Shown here one piece after another: positions 36,020 through 47,079 of a stretch of 58,533 bases of DNA; position 1 is the stretch's first letter, and each line of letters begins with the position of its first letter. The stretch spans positions 173,978,843 through 174,037,375 of the forward strand of contig NC_068981.1 of the NCBI RefSeq assembly GCF_001194135.2, read 5' to 3'. The DNA is from Octopus bimaculoides. Its lineage: Eukaryota. A program made the translations under genes and the position numbers. The notes beneath the pieces were generated by a model. That model was not told the origin of the DNA and ran no database searches. It was given only the letters and a program-made list of their open reading frames with translations.

Positions 36020-37525
36020 AAAAGACTCAACGACAGAAGATATACGTCCTGTGCAAGTGCATTTTCACCGTTTTCTACATGTTTACTGCGGTCTTCGAAA
36101 GTACAAAAACGATCTTTTGAAAGAAAAAAAAAGCTCTTCAAAATCTCACTCATACTAGTTCCAGAAAAATGCATAAGAGCATCAAGTGAAGTCTCGTACT
36201 CCATTACAAATGTTGTTGAAAAGCCATCTATGAGTGGCGAAGGTCTAGCGTTGCCAACGACAGGGGTGTGCAACATTATTAACCAGCGGAAAATGAGTAA
36301 CTTTTGATTTCACATTATTATTTCCCTACCTGTTTAAAATCATTACATTGCAAGTATTGCATCATCATTTTGTATTGTTATATTATGCTTAAGAGTAAAA
36401 ATTGATCAGCATAGTTCTTGTTGAAGTTGAGGGAGTTCGAAATATAATCAGGTGGCAGGTCCACTTTTTGCAAGAAATTTGACCAGATTGTAATTGAGGT
36501 TGCTAATAAAATATCTGGATAATTTTTGGTGTTTAACAATCAATATTCTTTTCTTTGTTGGATTCCAAGTCAATTTTTTCCTGCACTAACGTCTAATTTA
36601 ATAATTTTCAAGTTTCAGAAAATGATGTCTAAAATGGGGTAAAACGTGTCATGAATAATTTCTTCTCTTTAACTGCATGGTGTGTAAATATATCACGAAG
36701 AGAGCCACTCCAGCAGATCGTGAAGAAGCTATAGAGAATATTTTATGTTGAGTAGTTTTATATTTATTCGAGTTTCGTTAATTTCATATCATGTGCCATT
36801 TTCCCCTGATCCGCTTTCATTTGACCTAGATATTTAAAATTTCTTTGGCATGTCTAATCTTTCTGATATGTATGAGTCTGTTTTCTGGAGAACTGAAGCG
36901 GCAAATTTACATTATCTTGTCTTACTCAAATCCATCTTTCATATGCACGAAGAGAATGGCGATAATTTTTTGAAACAGTGGTCAGATTATGTTATAATGT
37001 TTTTATAGCATTTAAGGAAGGCCATTTGCTTAGCTTATACAATTTTCGTGAGCATTTGTAAAAAATATATTTTGTCTCTTATTCAAAAAATGCAGTAAAA
37101 ACACCTCATTTTGACCTCCCTCCTCTATAGAATTACAATTAACAATAACCAATTTATGCAACTTATTGAAAGAACAAAAGGAAGCACTATATTTGCGATT
37201 CAGTTGGATGAAGACATTGACATTACAAAGCAAAAGCAACTCGATGACTAGCATTTGTTAGATACTCCTATGAAAACAAAGTGCGTAAGGATTTACTGTT
37301 TTGAAGATCATTAGGCGGGTGCACAGCAGACGAAACTGTTTTCATCAGAGTGAAGCATTTTTTATAAATGACAGTAGGTTTTGAATGGAATAACCGCGTT
37401 GGTGTGTCTGTCTAGAAATGGTTCAGCAGCAATGACGGAGTGGGGAGGGGGAAAGTTAAATCAGCAAGTAATGCATCTTCTATATTTACTTAATCTATGA
37501 TTCATCGAGAAGCGTCAGTGTCTAA
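36020..37525 (+). pseudogene. Highly degraded hAT (Buster/Charlie-type) transposase
   Basis: 36020-36297 reads FERKKK...EKCIRASSEVSYSITNVVEKPSMSGEGLALP. 37140-37525 reads FAIQLDEDIDI...RYSYENKVRKDLLF...EWNNRVGV...GSAAMT...MIHREASVSKK. These match hAT motifs ALRASY.V...AK..KP.TIGE.L, FA(I/L)QLDES.D, TDGA.AM and HC.IHRE. Confidence 0.75.
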
Positions 37526-38438
37526 AAAAATTTATTTTTAGCCAAGTGCCTTTAAACGAAAAGGATCCGAATTCAGTAGAGTTTTAATGCACAGAGAAAA
37601 ACGACGTCTGTCAAAAGAATGAGCATAAGAAGAACAAATATTTTCACTTTGAAAGAAACGTTCACTAAAAGCTAGAAGAAAGAAAGAAAAAACTATTGAA
37701 CCATGCTGTGCAAAATGGACAGATTTGAAATGTTTCCATGTAGTAATAATTTTGTCCGAAAAATATTTTATCTTTCAGTTCGATTAAGTTCATCATAATT
37801 TGGCATTTAATATACATACATGATGTATGTGTATGTATGCATATACATATATATATATATATATAAGATGAACTTACGGAGTTGTCATAGGATTCATGAT
37901 ACAAATTTTTATTCTAAAAAGTGGATGAGTATGTGATCAGATTTTTCCAATTCTCTCTGAGATAGAAACGGTAGTTCTTCCAACATTTCTTTCCACATAC
38001 GGAAGTTTACATTTTCAGATATAATGGCAATAAAGTCAAATTATTGTTCAACTATTAAGAACGTAGAAATTCTCTTAAAGACGTCATTCACAAATGTGGA
38101 GCTGAAACAGACAAGTGCATACATCTCACAAAAGATATTTATATATTATGTGCAACTGGCAGTTTTGTGCGGTCATACTTTATATCTATTTTACATTCTA
38201 TGAGTTCTAGTTCATTAATTTTGGATTAATCACGTACAGGTTACATTCTGTTTTTTTAAAATTTTTTTAATTAATTATTGAATTTTATGATACTCAAAGT
38301 GGATTGCACGACAATTCATCCGTTAAAAGCGGTCGCAAGGACAGGACGTAATTTGCATTCGAAGACATGCATCATATTTTTGCGACAAAATGCATCACAA
38401 GAGCCCAATAAAATAAAATAAATGCATAGAAATAAACA

Positions 38439-38473
<35 letters not shown>

Positions 38474-41077
38474 GAGGCATAAGTATGACTGTGTGGTAAG
38501 AAGTTTGCTTCCCAACCAAATGGTTTCAGGTTCAGTCCCACTGCATGGCACCTTGGGAAAATGTCTTCTACTATAGCTTCGGGTCGACCAAAGCCTTGTG
38601 AGTAGATTTGGTTGATGGAAACTGAAGGTCGTTGTGTGTGTTTGTGTGTGTGTATATAAGCACCAAATAAATATATTTATAAAGTTTTATTGTTACTGTT
38701 TACACGTACTTTCATTCTGCTGTTATCGTTAACGACGTGTTCTTGTGCACGCCTTAGAGGAGTCACTTGGCTCGATAATGACTGCTCTAAACATTCTGTC
38801 TATCAACAATCAAATGAACTCGGCATCAGATGATTTAAATGATTCGATAATGCACGTTTAAAGCCTGCTAACAGATAAGAGAAGATTAAGCTAATCGATT
38901 ACTAGTGAGGTCAGAAAACAAGTCTGATCCGATTGTTGGCTACCCAATTCTACTTTAACAGACGGATGTTTGTAGACAAGAAGCACCGTGAATAACATCC
39001 ACACAACAATTAGGTATACAAGAAGGTGTATTTGGTCCTATGAGCGGCCTTTTAAGTTTAATTCTAGTTAGTAATATTTCTTGATTAATTTCAAATCTTT
39101 TCTTGATGAAATTAAAAAGGTAATCGAAACGGTAATTGTAAAAATCTTTATAAATACTCTTGAAGGAGGAAATTCCGTAAGGCTGCCATTTTCCTGGAGG
39201 AGGAAGAATAGATGAAAATGATTAATGTAAGATTTGTGGGAGACGAAGCAGGATAAAGTTGTCGAAAGGAATAGAGGTAAATACATTAGATTGGATTAAG
39301 CAAAGGAGGTATTCAACCTTCTAGTTTTTAGTTGAACAGAAGTTGTAGTCGCGATAGAAAAGAAAGAGTGAAAAAATCTGCATCAACGAAAACAAAACAA
39401 AATCTTCTCATCTGTGAAGCAGATATTATCGTGTTTTGTTGAGTGAGTCTTTACCAGCCACAAAAAAAAGCTGTTTTGTTGGATGCAGACTATGATGTTT
39501 GTATTTAAAGCAGCAACACCGTTGTAGATATGTTTTTAGTATACCAAAGTAATATTTGAGGTTTGTAGAGAGTCAGTAATAGATTAGAACAAAGTATTTT
39601 TTGGCTTCAGCTTGTCTTTGGATTTCAGTTTTCAGAATGTTATGTATGTGAGGTTTGCCATAAAATATTATCAGAGATTGATAGATATAGTGTTTGTGTT
39701 GACTTCAAGTGGTTTTGCTAATTGTCGGGCAAGATTAAGGAGTATATAGTGCAAATCTGTTTGTAAAGTGTATGTGGTGCGCGACCAATTGAAGCACTTG
39801 GTGCTGCATTGTTGTTATTTTCTTTCTTCCCTTTTTTGTTGCTTTTTTGTTCTTGTTTTTCTTTTGTAAAATATATTCCTGTTCATGGCTTAAATAAAAT
39901 ATTTGTAATTTATTGCACATAAACGTCTCATAAATACCACAAAAAAAAAAAAAGAATACTTATGAATAATTACGAAAATGCATAAATTTACATGAGATTT
40001 GGAAACACCTTGCTTTTGCAAGTGTAGTTAGTCAAGAACTCCGCATACCGAACACCAGTAAGTTTCAAGGTTAAACAGGAGCCAATGCACGCAGTTTCCC
40101 GGACGCGAATTTTTTTTCCCACGTGGGTTCCGGACCCTAGCAATGAACTAATTTGCATACGGTCAATCAAGCTCACCTTGACCATGTCAAGTTAACAAAC
40201 ACTCTCTACCAAGTAAACTCAAGACGAAAAACGGTATTGTAAGTTGACCGTTCGCCAAGCTATGCCTGATTTTAGGAGACAAGTAATTAGATAGATAGAT
40301 TTATCGGATTTTGTTTGGGCCCCATATGGCAAAGATGTGGATGGGGAAAATGTGAGTAGAGGGTGATGCGCTAGCAATTCTCTCCCCTTACTGTTTTACA
40401 AAGTAAACAACATCACAAATAACTACGCAGAGGCAGCCATGGTTGAAACGAAGAACAAGAACAACAAGCATTATTAAAAGAGAAAAGCAGCATGGCCATT
40501 CCTTATCCAAGTGACCTTATCTTATCGCCTATCACTTGTTATGCGCTCATAAATTAGTTTGATAGTTGTGCTCTGATTGGCTGTATGCAAATGAATTCAT
40601 AACTGGGGTTTGGAACATTCGTGGGTAAAAAAAATAGCTTCCCGGACGTCCTCTCAACGGCTTTATAGCGCATCGGCCAGTCTTACTGATGTGAAGCCCT
40701 CGCTTACTGGATTGACTCATTTATTCGACCTTAAGCATTTCGGGACCATAATGACAGCAATTTTAGCGATAAAAACAGGAAGTACCGCTGTTGTTCTTGC
40801 GTCACAGGACCGCACATAATACATTTAAAATATGTGCTTCACCTACAAAAATGATTCGTAAATATGATGCAAAAATTTACAGTTGAGTGCAGCTCTACCA
40901 CTGTCACTTGCTCAATCATTGGTACCTCTAGCAAAGTTCACTCTTTTAAAATTATTCGGTCCAGACCTATACTTTCCCAGCCCTAGATCTTTCCCAGCCC
41001 TAGATCTTTCCCAGCAGACTTTGAGCAGCATCTGTTCAAGTTAGGTATCAACTGTATCATCAATATTATCAATGTGT

Positions 41078-41288
41078 AAGGTAGCGAGCTGACAGAATCG
41101 TTAGCATCCCGAGCAAAATGCTTAGCAGTATTTCGTCTGTCTTTACATTGTAAGCTCAAATTCCTCTGAGATCGACTTTGACTTTCATCCTTTCGGGATA
41201 GATAAAATAAATACCAGCTGAACACTGGGGTCGATGTAATCGACATATCTCCTTCCCCGAAATTGTTGGCATTGAGCCAAAGTTTGAA
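41078..41288 (+). mobile_element. Family M SINE, full length, with 19-bp TSD
   Basis: atcaatattatcaatgtgt at 41059-41077 and 41289-41307; head ggtagcgagctgacagaatcgttagca...gctcaaattcc; core gtcgactttgactttcatcctttcgg. Confidence 0.9.
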
Positions 41289-41529
41289 ATCAATATTATC
41301 AATGTGTGAGAGCCTACAAGGATCATATGTGCAACCTCTCTTCCAATGGAAGATAACATATGTTTCATTAAAACATATGTTGCTTATCTGCTGTTACAAT
41401 TATTATAATAAGTGGCTCGTTTTTAAGTTTTAAACAGCCCTGGAGGGATTTTTTGATTACTGATTGTATGGATGATTTCAGTTCACCGAAGTTTTTCAGA
41501 TCACTATTTTACATAGTAGATAGGATGTT

Positions 41530-41720
41530 GTACTCATGATAGCAAGATCGTGGTTTCGATTCTCAGACCGGCGGTGCGTTGTGTTCTTGAGCGAAACACT
41601 CCATTTCACGTCGCTCTAGTCCACTCAGCTGTAAATGGATAACCCTGCAACGAATTGGCTTTTTGTTCATGGGAAATGTTGGCCTGCCCACCTAGCCAGC
41701 GAGGTGACATCATTTGAAAG
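41530..41720 (+). mobile_element. Family O-related SINE with CORE-like middle and V-like tail
   Basis: ggtttcgattctcagaccgg B box, gttgtgttcttgagcgaaacact...ccactcagctg middle, ccctgcaacgaattggc...cctagccagcg tail. Confidence 0.55.
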
Positions 41721-42199
41721 ATACAACAGTATGAAGAATCGCATTGTATTCAGCGGTGTAACACAACATCCGATAGTCTGATCGATACAATGATATAGTG
41801 ATTTTACGTATGTAAGCCCTTACCATATTTTCATATAGTAGGCAAAATGATGCCTTGTGGTATTTTATCTCAACTCTATTGTTGATAATCATAATCAGTA
41901 TTACTTACTGTCTCTCTATTTCTATATATACTGATCACCTCCAAATCTTGCCCACTGAGCTGAATATGCGTCACTGAAGAGACCTGATAACTTTGAAACA
42001 TGTCCGTTGCTTTCACCAATTGGTTTTAACGACAACGGCTACTTTAATCTGTCTGATTTATACTGGTTTCAAATTTTTGCACAAGGCCAGCAATTTCGGA
42101 GGAGGGCATAAATCGATTATATCAACCCTAGTATTCAGCTGGTACTTACGTATTTTATCGATCCCGAAAGAATGAAAGGCAAAGTCGACCCCGTTTATT

Positions 42200-42915
42200 G
42201 TAGTTTAGTGTATTATCATGTTATGTCGAGTAGTTCAGTGCAACACAGAGTAGTGCTGTGTAACATAGGAGAGTGTGGTGTAGTGTAGCACAATGCAGTT
42301 TAGTGTAGTGTATTGCTGTGTAGTGCAAAACAGTATAGCGTGGAGTAGAGTAAGGGTGCATGGCTTAGTGGTTAGGGTAGACGGCTCACGATAGTAAGGT
42401 CGTGAGTTCAAGTTGTATCCTTGAGCAAGAGACTTTATTTCACGTTGCTCCAGTCCACTCAGCTGGCAAAGATGAGTAGTACCTGTATTTGAAAGGGCCA
42501 GCCTTGTCACATTCCGTGTCATGCTGAATCTCCCTGAGAGCTACGTTAAGGGTACACATGTCTGTGGAGTGCTCAACCACTTGCACGTTAATTTCACGGA
42601 TCAACTGGAACACCCTCGTCGACGTGACCGTCAGAGTGATGCAGCGTAGGGTAGTGCAATACAGTGTAACGTAGTGTAGTGAAGTGTTGTACAGTACATT
42701 GTAGCGCAGTGTATTTAGTGTAGTGCAGTTTAATGCAATAGTGTTGCACAGTAGTGTTGTGCAGTGTAGTGCTTTGTAGTGTAGCGCAGTGTAGCTTAGT
42801 ATAGTTTAGTTTAGTGGAGTGCAGTGCTGTATAGTGAAGTGTAATACAATAGGACACCGTATAGTGTAGTGTAGTCTATGGCAAAGTAATTTTGTATTGT
42901 ATAGTGTAGTATACC
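42200..42915. repeat. Degenerate (TAGTG)n pentanucleotide satellite with an inserted family O SINE (42352-42640)
   Basis: Runs such as gtagtgtagcacaatgcagtttagtgtagtgtattg on both sides of the SINE. Confidence 0.8.
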
Positions 42916-43809
42916 GAGAATACAAGCGGCTGAGATGGAGTTTGTCCTGTTGCACTGAGAGTGTATATTTGCACCATCTTCGAAGATTCACTGATGAGTT
43001 ATTAGTTACTGTTATTAGAACAGACGAAAACATAATAGTATATTTATATTATAATATTTATTGAACAGGAGAACAATTGAAAGAAACTTCTAATGACTGC
43101 TGGTAGGAAATCAAAAACCGAACTTCAGTGCGATTCTCTTCGCAGTTATTGGGCCCGGGTTCGATCCCAATATATGGCATCGTGGCAAGTGTTTTTTTTC
43201 TTATCATAGTTTAGTCGCCCCCACTAAACCTTATGAGTGAAACTGGGTTAACAGAAGCTGCATGGAAACCCACTGAATGCTCCAGAGACACATAAATCAA
43301 CGATACAATTATATTGTTGGAACCAACTTTTCCGTTCCCTTTTCTAGGGCCGATTAAATATAATACCAGTCAAGTACTGGATTTAACTTATATTTCTAAA
43401 ATGCAGCTTATTTGAGACTGGAATTATAATGAAAGACGCTTGGAAATGGATGAACGCTGCAACTTCCAACTTAAATGTATGTAATGATTCTACCCATTAG
43501 GATTAGCAAATCTTTTTATTACATTATTCCATAACTCACTATTTGTTTTATCGTTTATACAAGAAGGGAAAAATGTTCCTTTATTATTCCAGGGTTTCCG
43601 AGATTGAAAGGAAGGGATGAAGTTGCAAAGCAGGGAGTCCTAAACTTTTCTACTCGAGGCACAAGGCCCGAAATTTTTGGGGAGGGGTCAGTTGATTAGG
43701 TCAATCCCAGTTCGCAACTGGTACTTAGTTTATCGACCCTGAAAGGATGAAAGGCAAAGTCGACCTTGGCGGAATTTGAACTCAGAACGTAAAGACAGAT
43801 GAAATACCG

Positions 43810-45605
43810 ATTTCTTTATTACCCATAAAAGGGCTATACAAAGAATTTTTAAGACATCACAATACATAAAGACAGTACAAAACGCAAACATAAAATCGGG
43901 GTAATTAAAATAAAATGATAATATGCAAGAATGAAAAAAGTGAGGCGCAATGTCCACTCGATCCCCGAAGTCGGGTGGTTACATTTATCCAGTTTTTCAC
44001 TTTTACGTTCAACGTCATGTAAACATTTTAACCGTTTTGTAACTCAAAAATCCAAACACTCGCGTTACCTTTCTTCCATTCATCATTGTTACGTCTGTCC
44101 TTAACAACTGCAAATAATCAGTTCTAGGGGGTGGTGTCTCCACCAACCATATCCGTTTCGTTTTTATATTTTCACCAAGTTCTTTTATGCACTCGAAGCA
44201 TCTTTCCTCACGTATCAAAATGCATTTTTCAGCACATTTCTCTGGCATTTTCACTCTTATTATTTCTTCTAACCGCTCGACTTTTCTCTCCATCTGCTCG
44301 CAATTCTCGTACTTTATCAAAAGCCCCTTGTATTTCACATTTTTATCCGTTCTCTCCTCTTCTTGTATATTATTAGTTTCTGGCTTTTTTATCTCTTTTT
44401 TGTTTTCTGTTGACCGTTCCTTTGACTTATTTTTCCTTCGCTTTTTAGGGTTAGTAGCTCCATTTTCGTTCTTCTCCTTTGTTTTCTGTTTCGCACTTCT
44501 GTCTCTCTTTCATTTCCTCTGTGTGATCTACAATGTTTTCCTCCTCTGCTTGTGCTTTCTCTTGCTGTGACTGTGTGAACTCATATAGAGGGCATTTGGT
44601 CTTCATATGACCTCTCTCCCCGCATATATAACAATTTGGTTTTCTTCCCTCAACTACGACATTTAACGTTTTCTCGTCCTCCACTTCTATCTGGTAGGGA
44701 ATTCTTTCTTTGTCCTCGAATGTGGCAAAAAGCCACATTTCGAGTCCAAATCCCCACCATTTGCGCACTTTTGATTCCGCCACTGGTCCCAATTCCGGAT
44801 CCTCCTTGGTTGTAGCTAAAACTGTTGCATCCAACCACTCTGGTTTAATTTCTGGTGGCACTCTCGGAATACGTATTTTCACACTTCTTCTTCCTCTATA
44901 GCTTGGTAGCAATACTATGTTTTCACTTCTTAATATGTTGGTTGCATGCTTGGTTGCCTCTTCTTTTGTGGCGAACCTCACCTCAACCGTACCGAACTTT
45001 CTTCCTCTGTTGATGTACGTGGCTTCATTGACAATTTCACCCAGGCACTCCTCGATTTCCTCTTCCGTCACCATTTCAATTTTATCGGTTTCGACAGCCT
45101 GTGTACGATACACTACTGTCCTCAGAATTTTATTTTCTTTAGTCTCTTTTGGGGGACACAATTTGTACGAGTCTCCCTCAACTTCTATCAAATTCCTGCT
45201 CCTGGTTACCTCCTCCATATCCAACTTGATTAACTTGGTTTCCAGCGGCACTGGCTTCCTCACCGCAGTGGCCTTGGTGTAGCTCTCCATACTGGAGACA
45301 CTACCACNNNNNNNNNNGGGGACACAATTTGTACGAGTCTCCCTCAACTTCTATCAAATTCCTGCTCCTGGTTACCTCCTCCATATCCAACTTGATTAAC
45401 TTGGTTTCCAGCGGCACTGGCTTCCTCACCGCAGTGGCCTTGGTGTAGCTCTCCATACTGGAGACACTACCACTTGCCATAGCTGGGAAAATGCAGCAGC
45501 TCACGTGAAATGCAACCGTAATAATTCCACAAAAATCACAATTATTCACCGAGACAGTTTTCACAAAGTAACACAACCGTATTCACAATAATTCACAGAG
45601 CCGTT
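43810..45605 (-). mobile_element. ORF1-only ('half-LINE', HAL1-like) L1/Tx1-type retroelement inserted in the SINE
   Basis: 6-bp duplication ATACCG (CGGTAT on the element strand) at 43804-43809 and 45606-45611; ~125-nt 5' UTR, one long ORF, ~205-nt 3' UTR ending gggtaataaagaaat; no RT or endonuclease sequence. Confidence 0.8.
44015..45480 (-). CDS. Retroelement ORF1-like nucleic-acid-binding protein, ~430 aa after one frameshift correction (RRM-like region, CX2CX4HX4C knuckle, K/E-rich linker, C-terminal domain)
   Basis: ATG at 45480 (MASGSVSSMESY). 45318-45473 duplicates 45152-45307 across a 10-N gap. Knuckle CYICGERGHMKTKC. As assembled the frame stops at 44451 (287 aa), but a single 1-nt shift near 44465 (ENGATNPKKRRKNKSKERSTE...) continues openly to the TGA at 44015. 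Confidence 0.75.
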
Positions 45606-46844
45606 ATACCGCGAAGCAGTTCGACCGGCGTGCTAACGTTTCTGCCAGCTCGCCGCAGGGAGTCCTAAACTAATTACTTGCAATTGAGCGAACTCTTTTA
45701 AAGGCTTCCAAGGACTATGCGACGCTATTAAATGAAGCAACAGGTAAAGTCTATCATCCAAGAATTCAGAACGCAAAGGTCTTCGGAACAAATACCGTAA
45801 GGCATCTGGCTCGACGCTTTAACAAATCCACCAATTCACTTCTCTAAATTGGTTCTGTATTTTATCGATCTCGAAAGAATGAAAAGCAAAATTAACTTCG
45901 GCGAGATCTGAACTCAAAGCGCAGACAACAGGAAGAAACGTTGCATTTTATTTTGTCCTATCTCCTAATGATTGTCGATTTGCATAAATTTATTTTTGAT
46001 AATATTGTTAATGCTGTTGCTATTGTTGTTTCGGAAGGGTGGTGGTGTCACAGGCTCGGTTGGGTGCAGGATGAAAAACACACCCTCTCCACAAAAAAAC
46101 CCCAGAAAAAAAAAAAAATACAAAAAACCCCCAGCCTAATTTTCTTTTTATCGATCTTTCTTCCTTTTACGTTCTGAGTTCAAAACAGGCCAAGTTTGAC
46201 TTCTTTGTTCTTCATACTTCTGGAGTGGAAGTGGGTTGTCAATAAAATCAGTACCTATTAAGTGTTTAATGCCAATATAATCGATTATACGTCTTCCTCT
46301 GAGTTACCGTTATTAAAGGAAAGGTAATGGAGTAGTTATAGACGGTGAAATGGCTTATTATGTACAGAGGAGAGTTTGAAGCAAAGAGGAGAGTGAAAAA
46401 CGAACAGTTATGTGAGGACGGAGTGTTACGAGAGATTGATTAAGAGGGGTATTTTAAATACATAGGAAGGAGATAATGGAGCGAACAAACGAGGAAACTT
46501 CTACATGGTCTCTCGACATGTTAGAATCAACAGCTAAACTTACATAAAATACAACTCTACTGTCTTAAAAGAAAGAGGAAGTACACATTGGATAATGTAG
46601 TCCTGAATGGGTTTTTCTGTTGAGGTTGATTTGGAGCTGAACAACATCAATAACGGTAACTAGCACTCAGTTAAAATCCTGTCAGGTCCAACTTTACATC
46701 TCGTCTTCTCGGGGTCCTTGAAATAGGAATCAGTCAAGCATCGATCGAACCGATTCTTCTCTCCACTCTTCAGCACTTTTTGGTCTTTCTACCCATTTTA
46801 GAAACTGTTTTGGTTGTTAACGTTCGTTCACTGTCGTTTATATC

Positions 46845-46870
<26 letters not shown>

Positions 46871-46875
<5 letters not shown>

Positions 46876-47034
46876 TAGTCTTATTTTTTTCACGTGCTTT
46901 CACTGCACTACCGAGCGCAGCTCTGTGTGCCTTGGGTATGTGCTGTGGATTGTTGTGATGCTCTTACGGTTATTGTATTGAAAGTGTTTTACGTAGGATG
47001 TGTGCAGTGCCTAGTAGTGCTATTTTCTGTATGG

Positions 47035-47079
<45 letters not shown>

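Larger units (their letters stand above)
43647..45654 (-). mobile_element. Family M SINE split into head (45612-45654) and body/tail (43647-43803), with 17-bp TSD
   Basis: gcagggagtcctaaact at 43630-43646 and 45655-45671. Removing 43810-45611 rejoins the consensus gcggcgagctggcagaaacgttagcacgccgg...gcggtat|ttcatctgtctttacgttctgagttcaaattccgcc. Confidence 0.9.

Noticed and set aside
39060-39800. Possible degraded LINE ORF2 on the minus strand
   Set aside because: Only vague similarity in stop-riddled frames; no diagnostic motif I can cite.
45152-45473. Apparent 156-bp tandem duplication in ORF1 (45152-45307 and 45318-45473)
   Set aside because: The copies are identical and separated by a 10-N gap, the typical signature of unmerged overlapping contig ends.
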